NCBI GenBank assembly: GCA_046483495.1
Contig: JAWODC010000044.1
Coordinates: 1-64,000, forward strand
Source of the DNA: Desulfobacterales bacterium
Lineage (GTDB): Bacteria; Desulfobacterota; Desulfobacteria; Desulfobacterales; UBA5616
DNA length: 64,000 bases
Direction: 5' to 3'
The notes under the pieces: generated by a model
The model's database searches: none
What the model saw: the letters and a program-made list of their open reading frames with translations, nothing else
Told to the model about the DNA's origin: nothing
Shown here: one piece after another, positions 8,931 to 19,281 of the stretch
Layout: each line of letters begins with the position of its first letter
Position numbering within the stretch: position 1 is the stretch's first letter
Made by a program: the position numbers and the translations under genes

Positions 8931-10172
8931 ATGAATCGATCAGACCGTTCAAATGGCGTAAAAATAGGGGGTGAACTTCCACAAGAAGTCACCATGCTGG
9001 AACTTTTGTTAAGAGACGGACTGCAGCATGCTTCAAAGGTCATTGCCACCGAGGGCAAGGTATGGTATGCAGATCAGTTGGTGCGGGCCGGCTATCGCCA
9101 GATCGAAGTCACCAATTTCGGGCATCCGGCTCTGCTGGTTCAATTCAGGGATGCCGAGGAGGTGCTGGAGCGTGTCCATAAACTGAAAATCGTCCAGGAG
9201 GAAAAGCCCCACCTCAAATGCTACGGCATGACGAAAAAAGCGTTTCAGAGGGCCGCCGATATAGCCCAGAAAGGATTTCCTCCATCGAGTGTCGCATTTA
9301 CGATATCCGCAGAAGACCTTCACGGCCGAAGAAATGCAGGAAGGACCCGAAAGGAGTATCTGGCCGAGATACCGGAATTTATCAAGATCGCCGAGGAAAA
9401 CGGCTTCGAAATCGACATGGCCATTGCCTGTACGTATGGTTCGCCCATCGCCGGACCGGTTGCCATCGAAAATACAATGGAATTGATGGATTGGGGATTG
9501 GACCACGGCATTCGCAGCTTTACCCCATGTGATACGACGGGAGAATCGAACCCCCGAAAAAGTTATGAGTATATGGCTGCGCTCGTGGATCGATACGGCA
9601 AGTATGACGATGAAATTAAATTCAGGGTGGCCCATTTTCATGAATGCAGGGGCATGGCCCTGCCCAATACCATGGCCTGCATACTGGCGGGTGCGCGAAT
9701 TATCGAGAGTTCGGTGGGCATGGGCGGTGGACAGCCGGCCTTTTTGGTAGAGGGAATTCCGGGCAAAGGCAGCGGTCCTCTTTATACCAATTCCTGGGAA
9801 GTCGGGAATTGCCCTACGGAAGATGCCCTGGTGATGATCGATGAAATGGGGATTGAAACCGGCATCGATATCGACCAGATGCTGTGTATCGGAAGGGTAT
9901 TTGAATGGACGATGGAGAGAAGCCTGCCGGTGTGGACCACTAAAGCGGGAAGACCCGTCAAATATCCGGTTGAGTGGTGCATTCCTGCCAACAGCCTGGA
10001 GCATATTCCGCCTTACGGTCCTCCGCAGGTATTCTGGGCTTCGCCGGAAAAATATATACCGGCCTCCAAGGAATTCATTGATCGGGAATTTTCGGGCCGC
10101 ACCTTCAAGTGGGGAAAAACAGAAGACAGTGAGGACGAATACACCCGGATCGAAACGTTCGAGGATGAGTAA
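8931..10172 (+). CDS. HMG-CoA lyase-like (DRE-TIM) C-C lyase
   Basis: LRDGLQ, CDTTG, HFHE metal motif, GNCPTED; AAGGAG RBS. Confidence 0.85.
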   Translation: MNRSDRSNGVKIGGELPQEVTMLELLLRDGLQHASKVIATEGKVWYADQLVRAGYRQIEVTNFGHPALLVQFRDAEEVLERVHKLKIVQEEKPHLKCYGMTKKAFQRAADIAQKGFPPSSVAFTISAEDLHGRRNAGRTRKEYLAEIPEFIKIAEENGFEIDMAIACTYGSPIAGPVAIENTMELMDWGLDHGIRSFTPCDTTGESNPRKSYEYMAALVDRYGKYDDEIKFRVAHFHECRGMALPNTMACILAGARIIESSVGMGGGQPAFLVEGIPGKGSGPLYTNSWEVGNCPTEDALVMIDEMGIETGIDIDQMLCIGRVFEWTMERSLPVWTTKAGRPVKYPVEWCIPANSLEHIPPYGPPQVFWASPEKYIPASKEFIDREFSGRTFKWGKTEDSEDEYTRIETFEDE

Positions 10173-10223
10173 ATTCGTCGGTCTTCCCCGGTAAACCCGA
10201 AAACTACTAGAAAAGGAGAGCGA

Positions 10224-12185
10224 ATGAGCGAAAAAGCGAAAAAACGTGAGCAGGAAATTCCCTGGGGGGAATTGGATTTGCATCCGAATGCAAGCACTTA
10301 TCTTGCAGATGTCCTCGTGGAACACGGTGTGGAAATCGCCTTCGGGGTCTCAGGCGGACATATCTGGCAGATTGTCGATGAAATGAGTCTCGCCGGAATC
10401 AAAAATATCATTGTCCGTCACGAACAGACCGGCGGTTATGCCGCCGAAGCCTACTCGAAGGTCACCCGAAAGCCCGGCGTTTGCTTCGGAACCGTGGGGC
10501 CGGGCGTCGGGAATACACTGAGTGCGATTCAGCAGGCCCATGAAAGCAATTCGCCGGTGTTGTTTCTGGGCGGCGGCAACAGCCCCGAGTCGGATTACCT
10601 GCCGGTTATCCAACCCTCCTACGTGCTGGACCTGTTCCGTCATATCACCAAATACTGCCAGCGGTTGGTGGAGCCGTCCATGTTCAAACAGAACATCGCC
10701 AGGGCATTCATGGCCATGCAATCTTACCCAAAGGGCCCGGCGGCGCTCGAGGTTCCGGGTTCGGCCCTGTTCAGGCCGGTTCCCCCGAAAGGTCCCGCAG
10801 GGATGATGGGGGAACACGCGTTGTATCAGCCCAAATGGCTGCACGAAAAAACAGGAGATGCACCGGAACCGGGCGGTGATCCGGAAATGATCGAAAAGGC
10901 GATAAAGATGCTCTGGGAGGCAAACAATCCCCTCATTTTTGCCGGTGACGGCGTGCACTGGTCCGATGCCGCCCAAGAGCTGGTGGCATTTGCAGAACTC
11001 GCTAAAATACCCGTGGTCACCCGAAGGATCGCCCGGGGGAGCATGCCGGAAAATCATCCCCTTTACCTGGATTCCAGAACCGGCCGGGAGGCGATTGCCC
11101 AAAGCGACATACGTCTCAGCCTGGGCATGAAAATCGGGCTGTTCGATGGTTGGGGGAAAGGCTGGGGCCCCACGATCCAGGTAAACGAGGGGTGGGAGCA
11201 CATATGGACGTATGTCGATACACCGGCGGCAATCGTCGGCAGTGTGCGCATCGTTCTCAAGCAGATGATGGACTACATCCGTCAAAACAATTTGAAACCG
11301 CCGGCGGGCCGGGACGCATGGGTGGAAAACTGCCGGAAGGTTCAGATGGGCGGATTGGATGCCCGTCGCGCAAGGGCGGAAAAATACAAGGATCATCATC
11401 CCGTTCATTACGGGTATCTCGCCAAGAAGGCGTGGGATGTCTGTGAAGAGCTTTACGGCGGTATGAACCGGGTGATCATGGACGGATACACCATTTCCGA
11501 TTTTGCACCGGCATTTATCCAGGCGCGATATTCGGGCCAGATTATGGATGCCTCCGAATATGCAGGCGTGGGGCATGGAATGGGGATGGCCATCGGAGCG
11601 GCCTTCGGCGATCCCGAATCCGGAAATCATCCCATTCTCGCCCTCATGGGAGACGCGGGCATGGGAATCGCGGGCATGGATTACGAAACGGCATTGATTC
11701 ACAAGCTGCCGATTGTATACCTTGTTACGGAAAACCGGGGTTGGCTCACCGGTATGAAGCACGCGGTGTACGGCGAACACTGGGAAGCCAAAGGTGAACA
11801 GGACCAAGTCCACGGCGAAGAGGGTGTGGAAAATGCACGTTACGATAAACTATGCGAGATTTTCGGTGGACACGGCGAGCATGTAGCCGGACCCGACGAG
11901 ATTGTGCCGGCCTTGACCCGTGCGTTCAAGGCTGCTGAAAAAGGGGTTCCGGCGATCGTGAACGTTCACATGGATCCAAAGGTCCACAACAGGCAACTCA
12001 TCGCACCGGCGTATGCCGCCAGTTGGGCCCATCTGCCGTGGAACAAGCTTGCGCCGAGGGCAAAAGCGGCACGGAGAGTGTGGTTCGGTGCGGCATATCC
12101 GTTTGAAGATTACGGCATTCCCGCGATGACCCTTCCGGACCCCTGGGAACCCGTAAGGGATGACGAGGATTTTTCCATTGACTAA
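10224..12185 (+). CDS. Thiamine diphosphate enzyme of the 2-hydroxyacyl-CoA lyase / oxalyl-CoA decarboxylase / ALS family
   Basis: FGVSGGHI, VRHEQTGGYAAEAY, TVGPGVGN, TPP-binding GDAGMG...EN. Confidence 0.85.
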   Translation: MSEKAKKREQEIPWGELDLHPNASTYLADVLVEHGVEIAFGVSGGHIWQIVDEMSLAGIKNIIVRHEQTGGYAAEAYSKVTRKPGVCFGTVGPGVGNTLSAIQQAHESNSPVLFLGGGNSPESDYLPVIQPSYVLDLFRHITKYCQRLVEPSMFKQNIARAFMAMQSYPKGPAALEVPGSALFRPVPPKGPAGMMGEHALYQPKWLHEKTGDAPEPGGDPEMIEKAIKMLWEANNPLIFAGDGVHWSDAAQELVAFAELAKIPVVTRRIARGSMPENHPLYLDSRTGREAIAQSDIRLSLGMKIGLFDGWGKGWGPTIQVNEGWEHIWTYVDTPAAIVGSVRIVLKQMMDYIRQNNLKPPAGRDAWVENCRKVQMGGLDARRARAEKYKDHHPVHYGYLAKKAWDVCEELYGGMNRVIMDGYTISDFAPAFIQARYSGQIMDASEYAGVGHGMGMAIGAAFGDPESGNHPILALMGDAGMGIAGMDYETALIHKLPIVYLVTENRGWLTGMKHAVYGEHWEAKGEQDQVHGEEGVENARYDKLCEIFGGHGEHVAGPDEIVPALTRAFKAAEKGVPAIVNVHMDPKVHNRQLIAPAYAASWAHLPWNKLAPRAKAARRVWFGAAYPFEDYGIPAMTLPDPWEPVRDDEDFSID

Positions 12186-12239
12186 GTACACTTTCAACCT
12201 TTCTCGATAAATAAAGCTATTTTGTGCAAACACGCCTTC

Positions 12240-12271
12240 CGGATCCTCCCTCGAGGGGGAGGATCCGTTTT
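12240..12271 (+). terminator. Intra-cluster hairpin / rho-independent terminator
   Basis: CGGATCCTCCC-loop-GGGAGGATCCG (11-bp stem) followed by TTTT. Confidence 0.6.
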
Positions 12272-12298
12272 ATCTGAGAGCGCCAATAAGGAGAAGTC

Positions 12299-13942
12299 GT
12301 GATGATTGAAGATCTTCAATTCAATGTTATGAGAAGGTTCTGTGTCGGGGATATTTTCAGGCGTGTCGCGTTGAACAAACCCAATAAAGAAGCCATCATT
12401 TACAGTTATAAAGGCAGCACCGTCGGTTCTGCAACCTATGGTGAACTGAACCGGCGGGCCAACCGCTTTGCCGATGCCGTGTTAAAAGCCGGCATTCAAA
12501 AAGGAGACCGGGTCGCCATTATTTCCTATAACTGCATTCAATATGTAGTGTACATCATTGCGATGTCGAAGATCGGTGCCTGGATCACTCCGATCAACTA
12601 TGCGCTGAAGGGGCGCGAGATCGAACTGCTGATCAATCACAGCAAACCAAAAATGGTTATCGTAGAAGACGAGCTGATACCGCAGGTCCTTGAACTGCAG
12701 AATGAACTGCCGGATGTCGACCGCTTCGTAATGATCGATTTGAACGGCGAGACCCCGTTGCCGGAGGGATGGCATGATTTTGACGATATGTGTTCGGAGG
12801 CATACTCGGATGCCGAACCATATATGATGATCAACGGTGATGATGTATTGACCCTGATGTACACCAGCGGAACCGAAGCCATGCCCAAGGGTGTGATGAA
12901 CACGCACGCCAATTGGCATGCATCCATCATGAATTCATTCATCGACTTCGGCAGCTTCGTCAGGGAGGATTCCACCGCGTTGGGCGTGGTTCCATTGTTT
13001 CATGTCGCCGGGCATAGCTCACTTTTTGGGAACATGGCTGCGGGAAGCAAAACGATCATGCTGCACCGGCCGGATCCCCCGCTCGTCATGAAAGCGTTCG
13101 AGGAATTTACGATCACGGATGCGAATCTTGCGCCGACGGTGCTTGCCAATCTGCTGCATATGCCGGGCGGAGACAAACTGATTCAACGGCTTTTCGGATC
13201 GCTGAGAATGGTGAACCTTTACGGCAGCCCCACCACGGACGCCCTGATGGAGAAGATCATGCAATTGCTGCCGGACGCATCGTTTCAAAACTATTACGGC
13301 CAGTCCGAAATGACCCCTTTGGGGACCACGCTCAAATCGCCGGACCTCCTCAGAAAAATGAGAGAGTCCGCTGTACGGTTCGACGGCGCAAGCGCCATCG
13401 GCCAGTCTCATGCCATGGTGGAAATGAAAATCGTCGATGAAAATGACCAAGAGCTGCCCCCCGGGGAAATCGGTGAAATGGTGGCCCGGAGCCCTTCGGT
13501 GATGCAGGGATATTATAAAGAAGAACAAAAGACGGCAGAGACGTTTAGAAATGGATGGCACCACACCGGTGATTTGGCCGTCATGGACGAAGAGCGATTT
13601 TTTTATTTTGTCGATCGAAAAAAAGATATGGTGAAGACGGGGGCGGAAAATGTGTCTTCTGTGGAAGTGGAACAATGGATCGCAAGACATCCGAAAGTGG
13701 CGGAAGTCGCAGTAGTAGGAATACCTCACCCGAGATGGATGGAGGCGGTCACGGCATTTGTCGTCCCGGTTCATGGAGAATCCATCTCCGGTGATGAAGT
13801 ACTTTCCTTCTGCAAGGAAGGGTTGGCCGGATATAAAGTGCCTAAAAAGGTCATAACGGTTGCGGAGTTGCCCAAACTGCCGTCGGGCAAGGTGTTAAAA
13901 CGGAATCTGCGCACCGGTTATAACGAAGTATACCAGGAATAA
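12299..13942 (+). CDS. Acyl-CoA synthetase (AMP-forming)
   Basis: YTSGTEAMPKG, YGQSE, HTGDLA, DRKKDMVKTGAENV, PKLPSGK. Confidence 0.93.
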   Translation: MMIEDLQFNVMRRFCVGDIFRRVALNKPNKEAIIYSYKGSTVGSATYGELNRRANRFADAVLKAGIQKGDRVAIISYNCIQYVVYIIAMSKIGAWITPINYALKGREIELLINHSKPKMVIVEDELIPQVLELQNELPDVDRFVMIDLNGETPLPEGWHDFDDMCSEAYSDAEPYMMINGDDVLTLMYTSGTEAMPKGVMNTHANWHASIMNSFIDFGSFVREDSTALGVVPLFHVAGHSSLFGNMAAGSKTIMLHRPDPPLVMKAFEEFTITDANLAPTVLANLLHMPGGDKLIQRLFGSLRMVNLYGSPTTDALMEKIMQLLPDASFQNYYGQSEMTPLGTTLKSPDLLRKMRESAVRFDGASAIGQSHAMVEMKIVDENDQELPPGEIGEMVARSPSVMQGYYKEEQKTAETFRNGWHHTGDLAVMDEERFFYFVDRKKDMVKTGAENVSSVEVEQWIARHPKVAEVAVVGIPHPRWMEAVTAFVVPVHGESISGDEVLSFCKEGLAGYKVPKKVITVAELPKLPSGKVLKRNLRTGYNEVYQE

Positions 13943-14095
13943 CGCCGGTTGGAAGCGTCTTCAATAATAAAGGGGGTACCCTGCGCGCATTCGACCTAAC
14001 TCAGGGGCAATCGGTCGACTGCTGTTTACAGGGGAAGTTTTGAAATTGCTTTTCAAAAGGAGCGTTAGAAACAGCGTTTTACATAGGGAGGACAT

Positions 14096-15667
14096 ATGAA
14101 TTTAGCAGACGGACTCAGGATAAGCTCCTGGAAAAACCCTGATAAAACAGCCGCGGTATTCGAGGACAAACGGGTGACCTACGATGAATTGAACCGCCGG
14201 GCCAATCAACTGGCGCATGCCATGATCCAAAAGGGTTTCAAGCGACAGGACAAAGTGTCCATTATCATGTACAACAATATTGAATTTTTGGAAATCTATC
14301 ATGGGCTTGCCAGGGCCGCCTTGATTTCCGTACCGGTTAATTTCAGGCTGGTGCCCTCAGAAATGGAATACGTAATCAACAACTCGGACAGCACCGCATT
14401 ATTTATCGGAGTCGAATTCCTGGACAGAATCGATCTCGATCACATTCCCCTGTTGAAGCAGGAAAATATCATTGTCATTGGAAACCCGGATGATATTCCG
14501 GAAGGATATACGGAATATGAGGCATTTATCGAAGGGCAGCCGGAATTCGAACCGGATAGCGTCGAACAGCGTGAAGATGATATTTTCTATTTTGGATATA
14601 CCAGCGGGACTACAGGATTTCCCAAAGGCGCCATGAATACGGTTCGGGGAACACTGGATATCATCAAAAACCTTTTTGTCAGAACGTCCGGCAGGAAAGA
14701 CATCGATTTGTCTTCTCGAGTATTCCTGGCCATCATTCCGATCTGCCATTCGAACAGCGTTTGGGCGACACTGATTACATTCTGGGTCGGCGGCACCAAC
14801 GTCGTGTTTCCATCAGGCAAATATGATCCTGAAAAGGTTCTGAAGGTGATCGAAAGAGAAAAGGTGACCACGACGTCCATGGTGCCGACGATGATCACCC
14901 GTATTCTCGAACTCCCGGATGAGATAAAAAACCATTACGACATCCGCTCACTGACCTCACTGGGGTCATCATCCGCGCCGTTGATGACCAAAACAAAGGA
15001 AGATGCCCTGAAATTTTTCAAAAAGGTCCGGTTCAGTGAAGGGTATGGATCAACGGAAACCGGCGCCCTGACGACGCTTCGCTTCAAGGATCAAGAGCGC
15101 AAGGTCCGTAGTATCGGGCAGCCGAATCCCGGCATTGAAATCAAACTTATCGATGAAGATGGAAATGAGGTCACCGAACCGTACAAACCCGGTGTTCTCT
15201 GGGCGAAAACCCGCTCGGCGTTTACCGGATATTACAAAGATCCTAAAAAAACCGCCGAAAGCATCGATGGCGATTGGTCCACGGCCGGAGATGTCGCCTA
15301 TTTTGACGAGGAGGGATACTATTATCTAAGCGATCGAAAACACGACATGATCATATCCGGCGGAGAAAACATCTATCCGGCCGAAATCGAGGAGATCATA
15401 TCCAAGATGCCGGAAGTTTCCGAAGTGGCCGTGATCGGCGTTCCTCACGAAGAATTTGGAGAAGAAGTCAAAGCAATAGTTAAACTTGGTGAAGGCAAAT
15501 CATTAACGGAACAAGAAATATTGGATTATTGCAAGAAGCACCTGGCGGGGTATAAACGACCGAGATCCGTTGATTTCGTGACGGATTTCCCAAGAACTGC
15601 AACGGACAAAATTTTAAAACGAATCCTTCGTGAACCCTACTGGAAGGGTCAGGAGCGAAATATATAA
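14096..15667 (+). CDS. Acyl-CoA synthetase (AMP-forming)
   Basis: YTSGTTGFPKG, YGSTE, DRKHDMIISGGENIYPAEIE. Confidence 0.93.
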   Translation: MNLADGLRISSWKNPDKTAAVFEDKRVTYDELNRRANQLAHAMIQKGFKRQDKVSIIMYNNIEFLEIYHGLARAALISVPVNFRLVPSEMEYVINNSDSTALFIGVEFLDRIDLDHIPLLKQENIIVIGNPDDIPEGYTEYEAFIEGQPEFEPDSVEQREDDIFYFGYTSGTTGFPKGAMNTVRGTLDIIKNLFVRTSGRKDIDLSSRVFLAIIPICHSNSVWATLITFWVGGTNVVFPSGKYDPEKVLKVIEREKVTTTSMVPTMITRILELPDEIKNHYDIRSLTSLGSSSAPLMTKTKEDALKFFKKVRFSEGYGSTETGALTTLRFKDQERKVRSIGQPNPGIEIKLIDEDGNEVTEPYKPGVLWAKTRSAFTGYYKDPKKTAESIDGDWSTAGDVAYFDEEGYYYLSDRKHDMIISGGENIYPAEIEEIISKMPEVSEVAVIGVPHEEFGEEVKAIVKLGEGKSLTEQEILDYCKKHLAGYKRPRSVDFVTDFPRTATDKILKRILREPYWKGQERNI

Positions 15668-15910
15668 CGGCATGTTTACATTTTACTCCGGGCGCGGTGC
15701 GAGTCGACCGGACGGCCCCGGCCCGGGGGCGACATTTGCTGACTACCGTCCTGCCCACATGATTTCTCGTTGATAACTGTTTTTGTATTCTGATCTCGTT
15801 TTCTTTTGCCGCCGAAATCATCCATGAATAGCCGGTGATCAAGACGGGATAATTCCAAAGACTTAGCGAATGATGATTTCACAAACCGGAATTAAAATAA
15901 GGAGTGCATT

Positions 15911-17209
15911 ATGACCCACGAAAAGAAGGTCGAGACCAAAGGATCGAAAAAATCACTTCAAGCGGCTCGAAATACATTTAAGTTTATTGTGGAGGACTAC
16001 CTGGAAGGGCATGCCCATAAGCAGGCCGGCAAACCGGTAGTATGGTCCTGCGCCCTGGCGGAAAAAGAGCTGTTCTACGCCATGGGTCTTCACCCTTTTT
16101 ATCCGGAACAGTATGCCGCGGTCTGCGCGGTCCAGCGAAAAAATAAGGATAAAGACAGCGAAAAGGAGGCGGTCCGCTTCGCTCGGATTGCGGAGCAGGC
16201 CGGGTATTCGTCCGACCTCTGCGGTTACGAACGGGTGGTAACCGGCTATGTGATCAACGGTGATTTGGCCGACGGTCCCATCGGCGGCATGCCGGCTCCC
16301 GATCTGATGGTGACGACTTCCAGTGTATGCGATGTCCGGCTGAAATGGTTCGAAGACATGGCCCAGCGCCTCAATGTCCCACTGTTTACACTTGACCGGC
16401 CCGAACGGGTTTTCGAACCCATTCGACAGCATCCGCTTCCTCATGAAGTCGAATATTACCGATCGATTCTCGATGATTACACAACATTCGTCACCGAAGT
16501 AACCGGGATCAAATACGATGAAGACCGGTTGCGGGAATGCATGGACTGGAGCTACCGCACCAATGAACTCCGTCTGGAAATCCTTGACCTTCGAAAAGCT
16601 GTCCCTTCACCCATGGGCTGCGCCGACGGCTTTGCAACGATGTACCCCGGAATGTACTGTTCGGGAACCGAAAAAGCCTATAACTACTACAAAGATCTCC
16701 GAGACGAGGTCAAAGAAAAGGTCGAGTCGGGAAAGGGATTGGTAGAAAAAGAGAAATTCAGGCTGATGTGGTACGGCATTCCATTATGGTTCAACATGGG
16801 AATTTTTAATTACTTCGACGAAATCGGAGGAGTTTTTGCCTATGAACCCGCCTATAATCCTTCACCCTGGCCCCCCCAGACCTCAGGTGACCCGCTGAAA
16901 GAATTGGCTATCCGTTCCCTATACGGCGGAACATCGTTAAGTTCAATGACAAAAGCGATTCTCGAGCAGTGCCGGGAATATCGAATCAACGGCGCCGTTT
17001 TGGCTTACTTACTGACCTGCCGGCCGGTTTACCTCCCGGCATTGGAAATCAAACGCGTTCTGGAAAAGGAACTCGGCATTCCTTCGGTGATGATCGAATG
17101 CGACCTGGTGGACGAACGCAGCTATTCCGAAGCCCAGGTCAAAACACGTATGGACGCATTCGGAGAACAGATATTATCCAATTTGAACGTGAAGAAGGAG
17201 GTTGCCTGA
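15911..17209 (+). CDS. 2-hydroxyacyl-CoA dehydratase / class I benzoyl-CoA reductase family subunit (HgdA/HadB/BzdO-like)
   Basis: YPEQ, GYSSDLCGY, GGMPAPDL, CDVRLKWF, TCRP, ECDLVDER...QVKTRMDAF. Confidence 0.88.
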   Translation: MTHEKKVETKGSKKSLQAARNTFKFIVEDYLEGHAHKQAGKPVVWSCALAEKELFYAMGLHPFYPEQYAAVCAVQRKNKDKDSEKEAVRFARIAEQAGYSSDLCGYERVVTGYVINGDLADGPIGGMPAPDLMVTTSSVCDVRLKWFEDMAQRLNVPLFTLDRPERVFEPIRQHPLPHEVEYYRSILDDYTTFVTEVTGIKYDEDRLRECMDWSYRTNELRLEILDLRKAVPSPMGCADGFATMYPGMYCSGTEKAYNYYKDLRDEVKEKVESGKGLVEKEKFRLMWYGIPLWFNMGIFNYFDEIGGVFAYEPAYNPSPWPPQTSGDPLKELAIRSLYGGTSLSSMTKAILEQCREYRINGAVLAYLLTCRPVYLPALEIKRVLEKELGIPSVMIECDLVDERSYSEAQVKTRMDAFGEQILSNLNVKKEVA

Positions 17210-18377
17210 TATGAATCCGATTTTTGAACAGCTCTGCGGAAATCGACACGATGTGGTCCGGAAATGGAAAGAGGAAACCGGAAAAAAAGTATATGGATAT
17301 TTCTGCTGTTTATCACCTGAAGAGATTTTGTTCGCCGCCGACATTCTGCCCGTTCGGATCACCGGAACCGGCGAACCGCTTCAACAGGCCGATCTCCACA
17401 TTCCCCCCAATTCCTGCCCGTTTGCCCGGTCGTGTCTGGATGCGGGTATGTTGGGCCATTATGATTACTTAGACGGTGTGGTGGTTCCGAACAGTTGCGA
17501 TGTCATATTTTCCATGGAGTATTTCTGGAAAACGTTTGTAGAACGGCCGCACCCTCCTTCCATGATCGGGGGGATGGACCTCAAACCGTATGTTCATTAC
17601 ATCAATTATCCCGAAAAAATAAACAGCCGTCACGTTCTGCCGTTCTATCTCGAAGTCCTGAACAATTTTAAGCAGGAGCTGGAGCGCGCCAACAATCGTA
17701 AAATTACCGATGAGGATCTTTCCCAAGCTATAACAGCTTACAATAGCAGCAAAGCACAGATGAAGCGCATGTATGACATGCGAAAATCCGATCCGCCGGC
17801 CATATCGGGATATGAAGCGTGGCAGGCGGCGTATGCCGGCATTTTGATGCCGCGCGACCGGCATGCGGCCGTGCTCAAAGAGACGCTGGACGATTTCGAA
17901 AATACCGGTCGTAAGGCGGAAGAGGGGGTAAGAATATACCTTTCCGGTTCGGTCATGGACCGGGTCAATGCCGATATCATCAAAATTATCGAGGACGCCG
18001 GCGGACAGGTGGTGTCCGACGATCTCTGCATCGGCACGCGTTATTTCTGGTATCCCTTGAATCCTGAGCTTCCGCCGATGGAAGCCATCGCGCGAAGAAG
18101 TTTGGGCACGGCATGCCCGAGAAGTACAGTAACCTCGAATATACCCGAAAACCGTTGGGCCCATATACAAAACACCATCAGGGAATTCGATGTGGAGGGG
18201 GCGGTTTTTTATGTGCTGAAGTGCTGCGACGCGCGCTTAGGGGAATATCCCCATTTGAGAGATCGATTAAAATCGGAGGGCATACCGACCCTGTTTCTCG
18301 AGGGGGATTATACGGCGGAGGGCGTCGAACAGATGCGCAGTCGGGTTGAAGCGTTTGTCGAGATGATAGGGGGATAG
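17202..18377 (+). CDS. 2-hydroxyacyl-CoA dehydratase / benzoyl-CoA reductase family subunit (HgdB/HadC/BzdN-like)
   Basis: PEEILFAADILPVRI, CPFARSC, NSCD, VVSDDLCIG, KCCD, RVEAFVEM; overlaps the upstream gene. Confidence 0.88.
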   Translation: MPDMNPIFEQLCGNRHDVVRKWKEETGKKVYGYFCCLSPEEILFAADILPVRITGTGEPLQQADLHIPPNSCPFARSCLDAGMLGHYDYLDGVVVPNSCDVIFSMEYFWKTFVERPHPPSMIGGMDLKPYVHYINYPEKINSRHVLPFYLEVLNNFKQELERANNRKITDEDLSQAITAYNSSKAQMKRMYDMRKSDPPAISGYEAWQAAYAGILMPRDRHAAVLKETLDDFENTGRKAEEGVRIYLSGSVMDRVNADIIKIIEDAGGQVVSDDLCIGTRYFWYPLNPELPPMEAIARRSLGTACPRSTVTSNIPENRWAHIQNTIREFDVEGAVFYVLKCCDARLGEYPHLRDRLKSEGIPTLFLEGDYTAEGVEQMRSRVEAFVEMIGG

Positions 18378-18380
18378 GCC

Positions 18381-19175
18381 ATGCCGTTGTATGCCGGAAT
18401 CGACATCGGCGCTCAGAGCGTCAAGGGTGTTTTGTTTGACGGAGAAAAAATGCTCGAGTCGACGGTTCTTGTCACCGAGACGGAGTCGGACTCGGCGGCC
18501 CGGCAGGTTTTTTCCGAGCTTTTGAATAACCGTAGTCTCGAGCCGTCCGATGTCGAACGCATTTACGCGACGGGATGGGGCGCGGATGAGGTGACATTTG
18601 CCCACGGCAAGAGCAGTGAACAGGTTTGCGCGGCCCGCGGAGCACGATTTCTTTTTCCAGGTGCACGAACCGTTCTGGACATGGGGGCCGAAGGATGCCG
18701 GGCCATGAGACTGTCCGCCGAAGGTATGCTCGAAGAATTTTCAAATAATTCCAAATGCGCCTCCGGAACGGGTTCCTTCATCGAACTGGGCGCCGTCTAC
18801 CTGAAAGTGGGAATCGAAGATATGGGACCGCTCTCTCTGGCGGCTGAAGGCGTCGCCGATGTCAGCAGCACCTGTGCGGTTTTTGCTGAATCCGTTATCA
18901 TATCCCATATTCACAATGGAGAAACGATCGAACGAATTGCCGCCGGTATCCACCAATCCGCGGCAACACGGGTATCCGAGCTTCTCGGCCGCATCGGCAT
19001 TGAAAAGGATGTCGTGTTTGTCGGTGGGCCGGCATTAAATATGGGACTGGTCGGTATGCTCGAGAAAATGAACCGCGTCCCCATGATCATTCCCGAGAAC
19101 CCACGGATCATCGTCGCTTTGGGAGCCGCCCTTCAGGCCTCTTTGAAAAAAAAGGACCGCCGACGGCGAAAGTGA
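18381..19175 (+). CDS. ASKHA-type [4Fe-4S] activase subunit (BzdP-like)
   Basis: GIDIGAQSVK, ATGWG, DMGAEG, KCASGTG, TCAVFAES. Confidence 0.88.
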   Translation: MPLYAGIDIGAQSVKGVLFDGEKMLESTVLVTETESDSAARQVFSELLNNRSLEPSDVERIYATGWGADEVTFAHGKSSEQVCAARGARFLFPGARTVLDMGAEGCRAMRLSAEGMLEEFSNNSKCASGTGSFIELGAVYLKVGIEDMGPLSLAAEGVADVSSTCAVFAESVIISHIHNGETIERIAAGIHQSAATRVSELLGRIGIEKDVVFVGGPALNMGLVGMLEKMNRVPMIIPENPRIIVALGAALQASLKKKDRRRRK

Positions 19176-19281
19176 ATGATGGACGTAAAAATTGTTGGGA
19201 ATACATGGTGCGAACCGGACGCTCATCGGTGCTGCATGCCCAAAACGGCAGTGGATCGATTGCATAAAAAGGAATGAAAAT

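Noticed and set aside
9033..11813. Long minus-strand ORFs (430 and 487 aa), and similar ones at 25909-27003, 40541-41419, 45117-45989 and 49509-50369
   Set aside because: They are antisense shadows of well-supported genes and show no recognisable motifs.
18375..18383. In-frame TAG-GCC-ATG between the dehydratase beta subunit and the activase as possible pyrrolysine readthrough
   Set aside because: Both proteins are full-length for their families, the ATG has its own G-rich RBS, and no pyl genes are in the window.
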